DNA of 64,000 nucleotides from Octopus sinensis (lineage: Eukaryota): contig NC_043022.1 of NCBI RefSeq assembly GCF_006345805.1, positions 744,001 through 808,000 on the forward strand. Reading direction: 5' to 3'. The notes below the pieces were generated by a model. The model worked only from the letters and a program-made list of their open reading frames with translations, ran no database searches and was not told the origin of the DNA. Positions 12,916 through 27,596 of the stretch are shown here, piece after piece (positions within the stretch are counted from its first letter, which is position 1; every line of letters begins with the position of its first letter). Both the position numbers and the translations under genes were made by a program.

Positions 12916-14839
12916 TGAGATTGCTATTGTGGGCAAGTCTGTCTGTCTGTCACTGTGTCTTGAATTGAGGTGGTTGACAGAAAAAGCCGTATTCATCCAT
13001 CTCGTTAACAATCTTAACATTAATTTAAATGAATATAATTTCACCAATGGTCGTGAATGTTGGTTAATGACCAAAAGAGTCAGGTTGCAAAGACAAGTGG
13101 ACGAAAGATCTCTTGACATTGACCGCAGCGGAATTTGAACTCAGAACATAAAAGCCAGAAGAGCTTCCGCTGTGCATTTTGTCCAACATGCTAACAACCC
13201 TGCCAGCCCACGGCCATATTTTAATTAAATTAGTAACAAACGACCGCATGCTGCTAGAATCGTTAGCATGCCAAGTACAATGCTTAGCAGCATTTCATCC
13301 ATCTTTACGTTCTGAGTTCAAATTCTGCCGAGATCAGTTTTGCCTTTCATTCTTACAGGGTCGATAAAATAAGTACCAGTTGAACACTGGGGTTGATGTA
13401 ACTGACTTAGCCCCTCCCCCGAAATTGCTGGCCTTGTGCCAAAATTTGAAACCAATTAAATTAATAACAACTAATATATTATGTGCTGGTGCCACGTAAA
13501 AAGCAACCAGTACACTCAGTGGTTAGAGCATCAGACTCACAATTATGAGGTTGCGAGTTCGATTCCTGGACCAGGTTATGTGTTGTGTTCTTGAGCAAGA
13601 CACTTTATTTCACATTGCTCCAGTTTACTCAGCTGTAGAAATGAGTTGCAGTGTCAAGCCATACTGACCGTTGCCTTTTTCTTGGATAAAATCTGTGGCA
13701 TTGAGAGGAGAGGTTGGTATGCATGGGCGACTGCTGGTCTTCTATAAACAACCTTGCCCAGACTTGTGCCTTGGAGGGGGATCTTCATAGGTGCAAGCCC
13801 ATGGTCATTCATGACAGAAGAGTATATAAGAATAACATCCAGCTGTAGAAACCTTGCCAAAACAGACAATGGAAGCCTGGTACAGCTCCCAGCCTTGCCA
13901 GCTTCTGTCGAACCATCCAACCCATGCCAGCATGGAAAGCAGACATTAAATGATGATGGTATGTCTATTTTATATTAGTTTCAGTTTATTTTACACTATA
14001 TTCTTCACATGGAGAATGCCAACCCTACTTGACAATGATTTAGGGGTACACTGGCAAAAAAAAAATGCTTGAGAACCCCAGCATTGACAGTTGTTTGTTG
14101 GTTTTCTGGGACCAAGTCCAGCATTCAGTTGTGGGAGAAATAAAGTGAAGAACACTTTTATTTTTCATCCACTTGAAATTCAGTTCAGGGTTTCCGACCC
14201 CTATGGTTCCTATGCTGCAGAAATTCCTGTCAGAGCAAGCAAGAGAGGGGAAAGCATGGATGGTTCAGTTCCGAACTGCTCTTACCACTCTTACTATCAC
14301 TCCTACATCTGACGCCAATATCAAAGTGATTAGCAAGGAAATAACATGACGATGGTGATGATGATGATGATGAAATAATTAATATCGTGCTGCTAATGGA
14401 GCTGTATTATAGATTCTCCTTTTTTAGTGTATTCCATCAAAAGATAATATCGCAAAATAATGAGATTGTTATTTGCTTCTTTTTTTTTCCTTTTTGTTTG
14501 TTTGTTTGGTTGCTGTTGTTGTTTCATTTGTGTATTGTTTTTACCAATTGTTACAGACTTAATGTCCCTACACATAGTGTGTGCTTGTATATATAAATAT
14601 ATCTGTATGTGTTTATACATATGTGCATGCGTGTGTATATATATATATATGTATATATATATATTTATCTGGATGTGTGAGTGTGTGTGCTCGTTAACAC
14701 ATCTGCAGGAAGGACATGGACTGGAAGGGAATTCCAAACGAGCAAGACATTCTCAGAAGAAAGGGTTGGGTGGGTGAAGCTAAGTGTGGAGGAGTCAGTA
14801 TAGCCATAAAAGTGCAATTGTTATACTTACTTTTACTGG

Positions 14840-14878
<39 letters not shown>

Positions 14879-16301
14879 GGTGGTGGTGGTGGTAGTAGTT
14901 TTTGCTAAAAGCACAAGGCCTGGAATACGTCGATTACATTGGCTTCAATGCTCAGCTGAATACTTCCTTTATTTTGTCAACCCCAAAAGGAAGAAAGGCA
15001 GAGTTGACCTCAGTGGGATTTGAACTCAAAGCATAAAGACTTACAAAATGCTGCTAAATACATCATTCAGTATGCTAACGATTCTGCTCACTCACCACTT
15101 AATTAATGGTAGTAGTAATAATAATAATAATCCTTTCTACTGGAGGCCCAAGGCCTCAGATTTGTTGGGAGGGGACTAGCTGATTGCATCAACCCCAGCT
15201 CTTGACTGGTACCTATCTCATTGATCCTAAAAGGATGAAAGGCAAAGTCAACCTCGGCAGAATTTGAACTCAGAACATAGCAACAGATGAAATACTGCTG
15301 AGCATTTCTCCCAGAATGCTAACAATTCTGCCAGCTCACCACCTTAAGAATAATAATGATGATGATGATGATAATCGTGGTTTCAAATTTCAGCTAGTCT
15401 TGAGGGGAGGTCAATTACATCGACCCCAGTACTTGACTGATGCTTATTTTATCAACCCTGAAAGAATGAAAGGCAAAGTTGACCTTGGCAGAATTTGAAC
15501 TCAGAACACAGAGGCCAACAAAATGCCCATTCACACATATTGTTTGCTGTGCTGACTGTTCTGCCAGCTCACCACCTTTAATTAATAACTTCTTACATAG
15601 TCAGAACACCAAGAATTTAGGAGAGAGAGTTTGTCAATAAAATCGACCTTACCACTTAACCAGAACATAATGGTGAATTAAAAGGGAAATTAACAATGTG
15701 TATGTGCTGGTACTATCTGTTATGACTCTACCACAGTGCAGTCAGCCAATACCCTTCCTACTGTTGCTGCTACTACTCTGCTGTGCCTATTCTCTGTTCA
15801 TTCCATTGAAAATCAGATCGATGCAGCTATATCTTCCTTCTATATAGAATTTGCTAAAGTGATTACTGTATGTGTGTGTGTATATATATATATTCTTCTT
15901 TCAGTCATTTGATTGCAGCTATATTGGAGCACCACCTTCAGTCAGCAAATCGACCCAGGACTTATTCTTTGTAAGCCTACTACTTATTCTATTGGTCTCT
16001 TTTGCCAAACTGCTAAGTTACGGGGATGTAAATGCAGCAGCATCGGTTGTCAAGCGATTGTTTGTGGATAAACACAGACTCACAAACATGCATATATGTG
16101 TGTGTATGTGTGACGGGCTTCTTTCAGTTCCCGTCTACCAAATCCACTCACAAGGCTTTGGTCAATCTGAGGCTATAGTAGAAGACACTCGTCCAAGGTG
16201 TCATGCAGTGGGACTGAACCCAGAACTATGTGGTTGGTAAGCAAACTACTCAATGTGTGTGTGGTTGATAATGTTTACAAGCCTAGTGCTGCTTCTAATT
16301 C

Positions 16302-16355
<54 letters not shown>

Positions 16356-16769
16356 CGTATGTGTCATATATTATGACTTCACTTGGGCATAATTATTCTC
16401 ATAATCTGTAGTGAGAACTCAATATCCATGTTTCAGGGCCAAGCTTTAGGCAAGTACTAAGCATCATAGGAAATTAATAGAAGGACAAGGAAACAGGGAT
16501 TATGTAACCAACTTCATTAGCTTACAGCTGTTTCTGCCATAAGATACAATGCACTCAGAGCTGAGTGCTTGTTCATCATGTCATAGCTTCCTCTTTCACA
16601 CATACACACAAGCTTCCTGGTTTAGATGTTTGAGGACTGGGAACATGAAACTTCACTTAGTGATTTATATAAACTCAACTCTGAGTTATATATATCGCCA
16701 TGATAGATTGTTAGCCACTATACATATTTTTTTTTCTCCTTGTTTCTCTCTTTGTTTTTTTCTCTGTCC

Positions 16770-16805
16770 CTTTCTGTAGAAGAGCATAGGCTCGAAACGT
16801 AAAAG
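16770..16805 (+). ncRNA. Minimal hammerhead-ribozyme-like motif, family B (core variant CUGUAGA), within a ~190-bp Penelope-like repeat (16680-16870)
   Basis: Stem I CTTT/AAAG, core CTGTAGA, A, stem II GAGC-ATAG-GCTC, GAAAC, cleavage triplet GTA. Stem III is only the palindrome ACGT. Confidence 0.55.
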
Positions 16806-16862
16806 ACTTTTTCTGTTTGTTTTGTACACCACCTGTCTTCGTCTTTTGTTTTTTTTCGTAAA

Positions 16863-16921
<59 letters not shown>

Positions 16922-17070
16922 TAGATATATATGTGATTCCTCGGTGTGTGTTTTATTTTTTTCTAAGACTTCTCTGACTTGGGATATGGTGTAATTTCAT
17001 TAAATTTATTTTTATATTATTGTTGTTGTTGTAAATGATGTTAATTGAAATCTCCATCATTAGATTTTAA

Positions 17071-17455
17071 CCGACTTTCGTTTCGTTGGCCTCCCCTTCA
17101 ACTGTCCGACTTTCATTTCGTTGGCCTCCCCTTCAACTGTCCGACTTTCGTTTCGTTGGCCCCCCCTTCAACTGTCCGACTTTAGTTTCGTTGGCCTCCC
17201 CTTCAACTGTCCGACTTTCGTTTCGTTGGCCTCCCCTTCAACTGTCCGACTTTCGTTTCGTTGGCCTCCCCTTCAACTGTCCGACTTTCGTTTCGTTGGC
17301 CTCCCCTTCAACTGTCCGACTTTCGTTTCGTTGGCCTCCCCTTCAACTGTCCAACTTTCGTTTCGTTGGCCTCCCCTTCAACTGTCCGACTTTAGCTTCG
17401 TTGGCCTCCCCTTCAACTGTCCGACTTTCGTTTCATTGGCCTCCCCTTCAACTGT
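17071..17455. repeat. 35-bp minisatellite, 11 copies
   Basis: Unit CCGACTTTCGTTTCGTTGGCCTCCCCTTCAACTGT; 385 bp = 11 x 35, with few substitutions. Confidence 0.97.
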
Positions 17456-18839
17456 CCTCGCTAAATCTCTCCTCTTTGTTTCTGTGCAGTTCATTTCCCA
17501 GACACACTTGTTGCTCTTATCTTGACAATTCCAGCTGGAACGAAGAAGGTCAAAAGGAATGAGATATTTTAAGGACTTCCACTCCCTGTTTACTTCGTTT
17601 ATTTCTGCTCTGGTTTACGACGACAACAACAACGACAATGGCAAAGCTGACCACTAGACAAGGTATTGCCTTGCTCTGCTGATAAAATAGCAAAAGAACT
17701 TCCTTTCAGGAAGGGTTTGCTTTATAAACTCATGAATGTAAAACACCCTGACCAGCTTCATAGAGTTTAAACATCGGAATGTGTCGGACCAATCTTCGTT
17801 AATAGCGATAATTAATAATTTACCTCTTTGCAGAGGAAATAGTTTTTTTTTCGCATGAATTTCTGAGATTCTTTCGCTTTTATTCTTAAATTTGTTTTTG
17901 TCGTTTAGTTGCAGCCATGCTGGAGCACCACCTTTTAATTGAAGAAATCGACCCCAAGACTTATTCTTTGTAAGCCTGGTACTTATTCTCTTGGTCTCTT
18001 TTGCCAAAGTGCTAAGTTACAGGGACATAAACACACCAACATCCATTGTCAAGCAATGGTGGTGGAACAAGCACACGCACATTTAATCAACTTAGCCCCT
18101 CCCCCAAAACTGCTTGCCTTGTGCCAAAGTTGTGTAGTCCCTGGGTAACTCAAAGACATACCGGCAGTGACCATCATATTAAATTTTTATACACACACAC
18201 ACACACTCATACGAAAGGCTTTTTTTGGATTCTGTCTACCAAATCCACTCACAAGGAGTTGGTCAGCCCGAGGCTGTATTAGAAAACGCATGCCCAAGGT
18301 GCCATACAGTGAGACTGAACCCAGAACCTGATAACTTTTGGCGGGGAAATCCATCCGGCTGTGGAAACCACGTCAGAGCTGACACTAGAGCTCACTGCAT
18401 GCCAGCATGGGAAACGGATGTTAGCCAATGAGTAGTAGTGCTTCGGGGCTTATTTTCTTTTTTCATTCCCCACTCCCCTTTTTTTTTTCCTTTGTTTTTC
18501 TAACTACATAAACCAATATGTCCTTCCCTTTTTAAGGTAATAGGATGTGATTCAAGAGTGGTTTGATTGTTATATCTGTTATTGGCGTCACCAACACAAG
18601 GCGACCCTTTTTGTGGAAGCACAGGGTGACAAGGTAGGGTGGGTTACACCAGACTTTAAAGTACTCCGACTGGTTCTCACTAGCTGGCACCAGACAAGAA
18701 GGGAATCTAATCTAATCTAAGCCTAATCTAATCTCTTATCTAATTTAATCTTATTTAATCTGATTGGATTTGAAACATCTCAAATTAATAAAGTGTTTTA
18801 TAACGAGTTAACACATCTGCTAGTTTGATTAGGGTCCTG

Positions 18840-19390
18840 GTTTGAGTGTGTGTGTGTGTATGTGTGTGTGTGTTTCCTACACATGTGTATGTGTTGGTGT
18901 TTGCCTGTTTGTGTGTATGTGAATGTGTTAGTCCTTCTATGTGCATTTATATTGGTGTCTGTATGAATTGCTGTGTGTGTGTATGCGTGTGTTGTCATTT
19001 CTATGTGTGTTTGTGTGTTTGCATGTGTGTATGCATGTGTTGTCATTGTGTGTGTGTGTAAATGTATGTTGCCTTTTGTTATGTATGTGTGTTGTCATTT
19101 GTATGTGTAAATGTGTGTGTTTGTGTTATATATGTGTGTTGTCATTAGAATGTGTGTGTATATGTTGTGTGTGTGTGTTGGAACTTCTATGTGTATATGT
19201 ATTGGCATCTGCCTAAACTGGTTTACGTGTCTATGTTGGTGTTCTGTGAGTGTGTGTGTGTTGATGACTGCTGTGTGCGTGTGTGTTTTTATCTCTGTTA
19301 GTGCTTCTACATGTGTTGGTGTCTGTGTATTTATATGTGTGTGTGTGCGCGTGTGTGTTTGTATGTGTTGTTGTCATCGTGTGTGGTGGG
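18840..19390. repeat. Degenerate (TG)n-rich tract with recurring GTTGTCATT
   Basis: Source of the Cys/Val-rich ORFs at 18846-19526. Confidence 0.85.
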
Positions 19391-21759
19391 GGAGCTTAAC
19401 AGCATCAAGAACAAAAGCACACATTGTCACCGAGAGGAAATATTGAGAGTAGCATCTCTTTTCAGTGTCCTTCAAATAATACCGATAATGATGTTGACGA
19501 CAACACTGTGGATGTCACTGATCTGATGGTGGTGGTGGAATGGGTGGGTGGGTGTGGAGAAGAGAACAGATCAAACTGTCAAACAATGAGACTGATGATG
19601 TTGATGCCAGAAATCAGATTACTATTGATCTGTGTGGATTGAACTATTATGTGTGTGTGTGTGTGTGTTCTTTATTTGTGGATTCTATGAATAACCTTCG
19701 GTTTCACGCGTTTCATATCACAATCTCTAAATATTCTGCCATGTTCTGTGGATTATTTGAAAATTACAACAGCAAATGCAGGAAACTTAAGGTTTATGTG
19801 CAAAATCCACATTTAAAAAGAAAACTGTATTTATCTACCAATGGAGTGTTGGTATATATATTCTCTTATTCTTTTACTTGTTTCTGTCATGTGACTACGG
19901 CCATGCTGGAGTACTGCCTTGAAGGGTTTCAGTCAAACAAGTCGACCCCAAGACTTATTTTATATATACATACATATACAGGCTTCTTTCAGTTTCTTAT
20001 TTCTTCACTACCCATAAGGGGCTACACACAGAGGGGACAAACAAGGACAGACAAACGGATTAAGTCAATTATATCGACCCCAGTGCATAACTGGTATTTA
20101 TTTAATCGACCCCGAAAGGATGAAAGGCAAAGTCGACCTCAGTGGAATTTGAACTCAGAACCTAACGGCAGACGAAATACCGTAAAGCATTTCGCTCGGT
20201 GTGCTAACATTTCTGCCAGTTGGTCGCCTTGTTTCAGTTTCTGTCTACCTTGGTCGGCCCAGGGCTATAGTCGAAGAGATTTGTCCAAAGTGCCATGCAG
20301 TGGGACTGAACCTGGAACCATGTGGTTGGGAAGCAAACCTCTTAGCATACAGTCACACCTGTGCCTGTATCAGGAGAAACTGAAACGCCAACGCAGGGAC
20401 ACTTGACTCGACAACTGGTCGTCTACAAACAGAAGCTCAACACACATATATCAAGTGCTATTTTCTTTCACTTGTACACACACACACATGTATGTATGTA
20501 CGTGTGTGTGTCTATGTTTGTATATGTGTGTGTGATGTGCATCTGCACTGCCACACATGACCTTCACATCCTCAGTGCATGTAACACTGAAAACACCTAC
20601 ACATCTGACTTGGCTCTTATAAAACAAGACCTGTCTAAGCTCAAATTTACTCTCTTTCCTCAGTAGTAACAGTAGTAGTAGTCACTGTGTGCAGTGGTTG
20701 CATATCGTGTATGTGTGTAATTCAATGGTTATATGAATGTGTTTGAATCTTCGAAGTATTTGCACATGTCTTGGTGTATTGTGTCCTCCTCTTCTCTACG
20801 TGTGTGTGTGTGTGTGTTATAAATATGATGTTTTGTAAGCCGTGCGCTAAAGTATGTCTATGTGCAGACACAGCTGTAGATGCACACTTATTTCTTTATT
20901 GCCCACAAGGGGCTCATAAAGTAAGGACAGACGATATGCCACTAAGCATTTCTGTCCGGCTTGCTAACGATTCTACCAGCTCGCTTGCTGTAGATGCCAC
21001 ACTATCACACACATGCGCTCTCACGCATGCATGCACACCAAACTCAAACCAGCAATCATAATTTACGTGTAGACATGCACGACGAAATGCATAAAACTCA
21101 AAACACACACACACAAAAGCATATATTCATACATACAAGAATACTCGGTAACACACACACACACACACATCTGTGGAATCCTGCACCAACACTTGTTACA
21201 TTCCTCTTACACTTTTACTCATTTCAGTCATTTGACTGTGGCCATGCTGGAGCACCACCTTTTAGTTGAACAAATCAACCCCCAGGGCTTATTCTTTTAT
21301 TTAGTATTTTCATAGTTTATTTCTTTAATCTCATTTTAGTTTATGGTGTACCTTTTACTTGTTTCAGTCATTGGACTGTGGCCATGCTGGGGCATTGGGC
21401 ACTGCTTTGAAGGGTTTAGTCAAACAAATGGATCTCAGTACTTTTTTTTTCTCTAAGCCTGATACTTCCACCAGAAAGCTCTTTTTGCTGAGCCACTAAG
21501 TCACAGAGACATAAACAAAGCAACACTGGTTATCGAGCACAAATACACACACATGCAATTTCCATCTACCAAATTCTCTCACAAGGCATTGATCTCCCCA
21601 GGACCATTGTAAAGGACAGACACTTGCCCATGGTGCCAGACAGTGGAACTGAACCTGAGACCACATGGTTACAAAGCGAATTTCTTAGCAAGTTAACATT
21701 CATATTGTCTCCATACCTTTTGTACTTTCGGTCAATATAAGAAATATATTAAGGCAGAG

Positions 21760-21990
21760 AACTGAAGGAATCGTTAACACACCAGGCAAAATGCTTAGCG
21801 GTATTTCGTCTGTCACTACGTTCTGAGTTCAAATTCCACTGAGGTTGACTTAGCCTTTCATCCTTTCAGGGTCAATAAATTGAGTACCAGTGAAACACTG
21901 GGGTCGATGTAATCAACTTAATCCCTTTGTCTGTCCTTGTTTGTCCTCTCTATGTTTAGCCCCCTGTGAGCTATAAAGAAATGAATATAA
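21760..21990 (+). mobile_element. Most abundant SINE family, representative copy (dozens of copies and fragments in both orientations)
   Basis: GAATCGTTA.CAC...AAATGCTTAGCGGTATTTCGTC...TTCTGAGTTCAAATTCC...GAGGTCGACTTTGCCTTTCATCCTTTC.GGGTC.ATAAAT.AGTACCAGT...CTGGGGTCGATGTAATC recurs throughout, e.g. 6060, 13250, 15200, 31280, 42550, 53250, 59850. Confidence 0.85.
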
Positions 21991-22466
21991 GTAATTTATG
22001 ATTAGTTATAATTATAAAGAGAGGAGTTAAAGACAGGAGATGGAATCAAAGGTTTCGTGTAACAATCCCACAGATCTGATAAGAGAATTATCGTAACAAA
22101 TCTACTATGGAATATCTATTAAAACAGTTACTATAAGCATTGCTTGACAACCGATGTTGGTGTTTACGTCCCCCGTAACTTAGCGGTTCAACAAAAGGGA
22201 CTGACAGAATAAGTACTAGGCTTTGAAAGAATAAGTCCTGGGGTCAATTTCTTAGACTAAAACCCTTTAAGATGGTGCTCCCACATGGCCACAGTGAAAT
22301 GTCTGAAAAATGTAAAAGAATAAAAGAATTAGGCATTTGGTCCTGTTCTCTATCATTCTACTATAAAACGGTTACTATAATGGCTACTATAGTCTCAGGC
22401 CGACCAAAGCCTTGTGAGTGGATTCGGTAGACGGAAACTGAAAGAAGCCCATCATGTATATGTATG

Positions 22467-22507
<41 letters not shown>

Positions 22508-23246
22508 TTGTGTGTCTGCTTGTTCCCCCCACCGTCACTCGACAACTGATGTTGGTGTGTTTACATTCCCATAACTTAGCAGTTTGGCAAAAAATGACTA
22601 ATAGAATAAGTACTAGACTTACAAAGAATAAGTCCTGGGGTTGATTTGTTCAAATAAAGGCAGTGCTCCAGCATGGCCGCTGTCAAATGACTGAAAGAAG
22701 TAAGAGAATAGGGCATCTATTGTGCATCAATTCCTCTCAGGTGTTCAGTTCTGTTCTGCGTGATTCCTGCCGTTCATTGCCATTAACAATAAGCCTATAG
22801 ATCTCGAGATATTGATCTCCTGTGCAGCACTTAAAATTCATCTCCGTTTCACAGTTGAACGACCCAGCAGTGTTTGCTGTTGCTTAAATCTATTTGATGG
22901 TGTGAAACCTCAGAAACACTCATCTATGGCTGACTGAGCTATTATCTGCTGCAAGATCTGCACTTCAAGCACACACACACACACACACACACTGTATGTC
23001 TCTGCTGCACACCACCTGCTCTTAACTCATAAGTTGAAATATGAGGGGGGGAGGCTTTTCCTTTTTTTCTTTTTCTTCCCCTCCTCCACCTTTTTTTTCT
23101 TTTTTTTTCTGTGTTTCCGAGCAGAACACTTTATATGAGATTAATAATCGTTTCAGTTTATCAGTCGTTGGGGACAGCAGATCATCAGGAGTGGGGGAAG
23201 ATGTTATCTATAAAAACCAGATATACTTGCAAGCTTATACACACAC

Positions 23247-23286
<40 letters not shown>

Positions 23287-24222
23287 CTTTGCTTAGGCTT
23301 TGTGAGGCTAATAGCCTGGTGTAGAACTCAATATGTGCTTCAGATCGGTAACAAGAAAATGAGATAACAAAGCAATAAACAATTCATTAGCTTACAGCTG
23401 TTTCTGCTGCCAGATGCAGTGCACTCATAGTTGAGTGCCTGATTAACACTTTATAGCTTCATATAGCTTCAAAGCTTTGTAGCTTTGAGTGGATTTGGTT
23501 GACAGAAAGCTGAAAGAAGCCTGTTGTATATGTGTGCGTGTATGTATATGTATGTCTTTGTGTCCGCTTGTCCCCCACAGCCACTTGACAACTGGCGCTG
23601 GTTTGTTTACATCCCTGTAGCTCAGCATTTCAGCATATAAGAGACCAACAGTACTAGGCTTTAAAAAAATAATAAGTTCTGGAGTTAAGTCATTCAACTA
23701 AAAGTTCTTTGGAGTGGTGCCTCAGCATGGCCACAATCTAATGGCTGAAACAAAAAAAAAGATTAAAAATAAAAAGACTTGAAGGAAAAAAATAAGTCTT
23801 GGGGTTTGATTTGTTCAACTAAAAACCCTTCAAGGCTCTACTGTTCAACCGAAAGAAATAATCTTTTATTTCTTTCCGTTGGAGCGTGAGAAAAAGAAGA
23901 AAAAAATCTAATTTAGAGAGATTTGGTAAAATATTCCACTTTTCCATTATAAAAGTGATTGTTTGGAGCAGAAGAGAGACGATAAAAGATTCTCAGTTGA
24001 AATTCTTCTCCTGGGTGGTTTTTAATTTGAATATAACAAAGAGGTTTTGTATCGGAGAAGCTGAACTGGTACCAAGAGGGTTAAAAGACCATTGATATTA
24101 CATGCCGATATGTGTGCTGGGCTTTAATGTCGCGATTTCTTTTCTTTTCTTTTTTTTTTTTAACCATTTCATTTCTTTATTGTTGTTAATTCCTTTTTTC
24201 TCTCTCTTTCTCTATTTTCTAG

Positions 24223-24324
24223 ATTAAAAAATTTCAGACAATGGATACTGATGAAGACAGGATTAAGCAAGCCAGAGATATTTATGATCAGTTTATTATG
24301 AGAGAATTGCTGGCACAATGTCAC
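24223..24324 (+). CDS. GRK2: GRK2/3-family GPCR kinase, coding exon equivalent to human GRK2 exon 4 (RH domain): IKKFQTMDTDEDRIKQARDIYDQFIMRELLAQCH
   Basis: Polypyrimidine tract plus AG at 24221-24222 and GTGAGT donor at 24325. 102 nt, phase 0/0. Translation aligns by eye with human GRK2 [34 protein letters not shown] (recalled sequence). Confidence 0.96.
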
Positions 24325-27300
24325 GTGAGTAGATACCTCCTTTCTTTGATTTTGATTGTCCAAGTTTCTAAATGCACCCTCCCCTCGAGTTCCGTTCCAA
24401 CTGAGAAGTCATAAGTCAACCTCGTCGTATTTTCGATTTATATTTTTCAACTCTACTTTCATTCAAAAAGGTTTTAAAAATATAAAACATAAAAATTTAA
24501 TCCATAATTATTGAACATGATGTGGAAAATGCATTTGTGCTCTCTTGTAGTGTAAACAAAAATACAATCTAAAATTAACATAGAAATTAATACAAATGAA
24601 ATTCCACGTACATAGAATTTAAAAAATTATTCCTGTGAAAAAAGTGCAATTCAAAATAAATTTTTAATCTTCACTCATATTCTTGAGTTGAGGTTTTTTG
24701 AAGAACATGGTGATCTTTGTTCAATAGATTTTTCTCTTTCTTTCTTTCTTTTTTTTTTTTGTCATATATCTTATGATCACAATGTACAGCATCTTGAGTG
24801 ATATGTCCAACCTTTGCAAAGCTTCAAAACTGGCGAGAGCTTTATTCAATTGCAAAAACGAATCAGATAAACCTTTTTGCGGTCATAAGTTGAGGAGATG
24901 TAAATACAAACGGTTTTGCTTTTCTTCCTCACTTTAAAGCAACTATTAAACACCATATTTGGTGGCATAAAAGACACTCTGGCATATTAGACACAACACA
25001 ATTTTAACAGCACATATTTTGCAGAATAACATTTTTGTGCAATAATCTTTTACCTTTCAATTTGCTCTGTGAAATATCAGGCTTATTTCCTAACATTGTT
25101 TTGAATTAATCCTGTATTATCTCATAGCTTTGGGGTTTTCATGATCCTTCCTCATCATTTAACATCCGCTTTCCATGCTATCATGGGTTGGCGTATTTGA
25201 CTGAGGACTGGCAAACCAGATGGCTGCGCCAGTCTCCATTCTGATCTGGCAGTGTTTCTACGGCTGGATGCCCTTCCTAACACCAACCACTCCGAGAGTG
25301 TAGTGGGTGCTTTTATGTGCCACCGGCATGAGGGCCAGTCTGGTGGTACTGGCAACGGCCATGCTCAAAATGGTGTTTTTTACATGCCACCTGCACAGGA
25401 GTCAGTCCAGCGGCACTAGCAACGACCTTGCTCGTTAGTTTTATAATGACATTGTAGGGTAGGTGTTCTGGCTGGTTTCAACATAAAACAGGTAGGATAT
25501 CTGACCTGGATATGCCTGGTTTAAATTAATCGTGTGTTTAATCTCATACCGTCAAGATTTTGATGATCTGATTGTTTAACTTTTCATTGACATTGTACGG
25601 CTGGCTTGAACATAAAGCAGGTAGAATATTTGGGCCAGGTATGGCCAGTTTATCCTTTTAGCATTTCAACTGGCCATATCCAACCAAAGTGTCCTCTGTT
25701 TTATGCTCAAACTAGTCACATCTGGCCTCTCACACCTACTTTGCAATGTCATTCTAAAAATAAACAATCACATCATTGAAATCTCACAGCTACGTGAGTA
25801 TACATGATTAACTCAAAACAATGTGAATAAATAAACATTACATTTGACAGAGTAATCTGAATGCTAAGGGGTTAAAGTTTACAATATGGGCCCAACTTTG
25901 CATTCAGGACTTGGGGTGATTTTTGGAGATTTATACCCATTAAATACAGCAAGAGTTTTAGGAGTATATGTAAGCAGACAGGACTGAATTGTTTAGAAGT
26001 CCACTTTACAATTAGTCAAACCCAGCTTTGACCTAACTGTGGTGGACCATGTAGGGCAATTTTCACTGTGACCGATTCAGCCCAACTCCTTAGAAGTAGA
26101 ACTTGGCATGTGGTGACTGAAAAGGTCAGTCGTATTGACTGTACCTCTATAATACAAGATAGATTGTATAATATAAGGTAGTCGTCTGTACATCTGTTTC
26201 AAAAAACCAGTCTTGTCACACCTTATGCAGAATTAGTCAGAATTGACATAACGAGTACAAATACCTTTTGGAATACTCAACCACCTATGTTATTGTAATT
26301 CAGTGAACTTTTAGTTGTTTTGATTGAACTGGAGTGTTGTCTTAGGGGTCATCACTGGTTAACAAAAACCATGTTGTTAGTGTCTCCCATAAATGTTCAT
26401 GTTTTTAGGACTTGACCCCTTGCCCAGTTCATCACCACCATCACCTGACTGTTTGGGGCCTTGCAGTAGAAACCTCTACATTGAAAGTAATAAGGCCAAA
26501 TCTCTGGTTTAAGATTAACAACCTCTTTTCACCCCACCCTCACCTTCTTCCCATCAGAATAGGAAGCCTTTAAAAAGGGTTTCAAGTGCAGCCCCTTTTT
26601 TGTTGAGCCTATTTTTAAAAAAATATGCTGAAGTGAAAGATTTTTGTCTTTGTTCTCTTTCCAAGAGAATAACTTACATTATGAGTTCAAATTCCACCGA
26701 GGTCAACTTCACCTTTAATCCTTTCAAGGTCTATGAAATAAGTACCAGTTGTGCACTGGGGTCAATGTAATTGACTAACCCACTTCCCTAAAAAAATTTT
26801 TTTTTAGTTTAGGCTTTGTGCCTATAGTAGAAAGGATTGTTATTATTAGTAGTAGTAGTAGTGGGAGGAGGAGGAGGAAGAGCGGTTGTGGTAGTAGTAG
26901 TAGTAGTAAATTAGCCCAGGTTAGCCCCTAACATTGATCAGACCAATGGTCAAATCTGTTTCAGGGTACCATGCCCATCCTGTAGTTTTCTTTTCAACCC
27001 TATTTCTACATTATCCTGTGTGCTCCCCATGGGTCGTATTTTCTCTTAAGAGTGAGATAGAAGATGGAGTGTGGTGGTGGAGAGGGGTGATTTGGCTGCT
27101 ATTTCTAGAAGTTTGACTGCCTGCATGGAAGTTTTCCTGTTGGTTCAGCATGTTTGTTTTGTAGTTGCTGTTGTTGTTTACCCCCAGGTCGGTCTTGATC
27201 AGACAGACCTATCTATGGTCAAAAGGACATTCCATATATGACCATCCCATTCTTTTTTACATACACAGTGTATCTAGGATCTCAATATCTATTGTTCCTT

Positions 27301-27479
27301 TTTTTTTTAAGACTGTGCATTGGTAGGGGAGTGTGTTTGAGAAAGATAATTTGGTTACTATTTTTAGCAGGCAGGTCAAGCAATGTTTTGAGTAGGGGTC
27401 ATTCCTTTGTAAACTTGATCCCTCGGTCATCACCACCACCACCACCACCACTGCCACAACATTCCTCTCTCTCTCCCCC

Positions 27480-27596
<117 letters not shown>

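Noticed and set aside
17071-17455. CRISPR-like array, or the 158-aa and 134-aa ORFs
   Set aside because: The units abut with no spacers and the context is eukaryotic. The ORFs arise because a stop-free 35-bp unit cycles through all three frames.
19540-20406. 288-aa ORF
   Set aside because: It runs through a microsatellite and three SINE fragments; no protein-like homology.
1-24222. GRK exon equivalent to human exon 3
   Set aside because: No matching open segment with proper splice sites was found by eye; it probably lies upstream. A tBLASTn would settle this.
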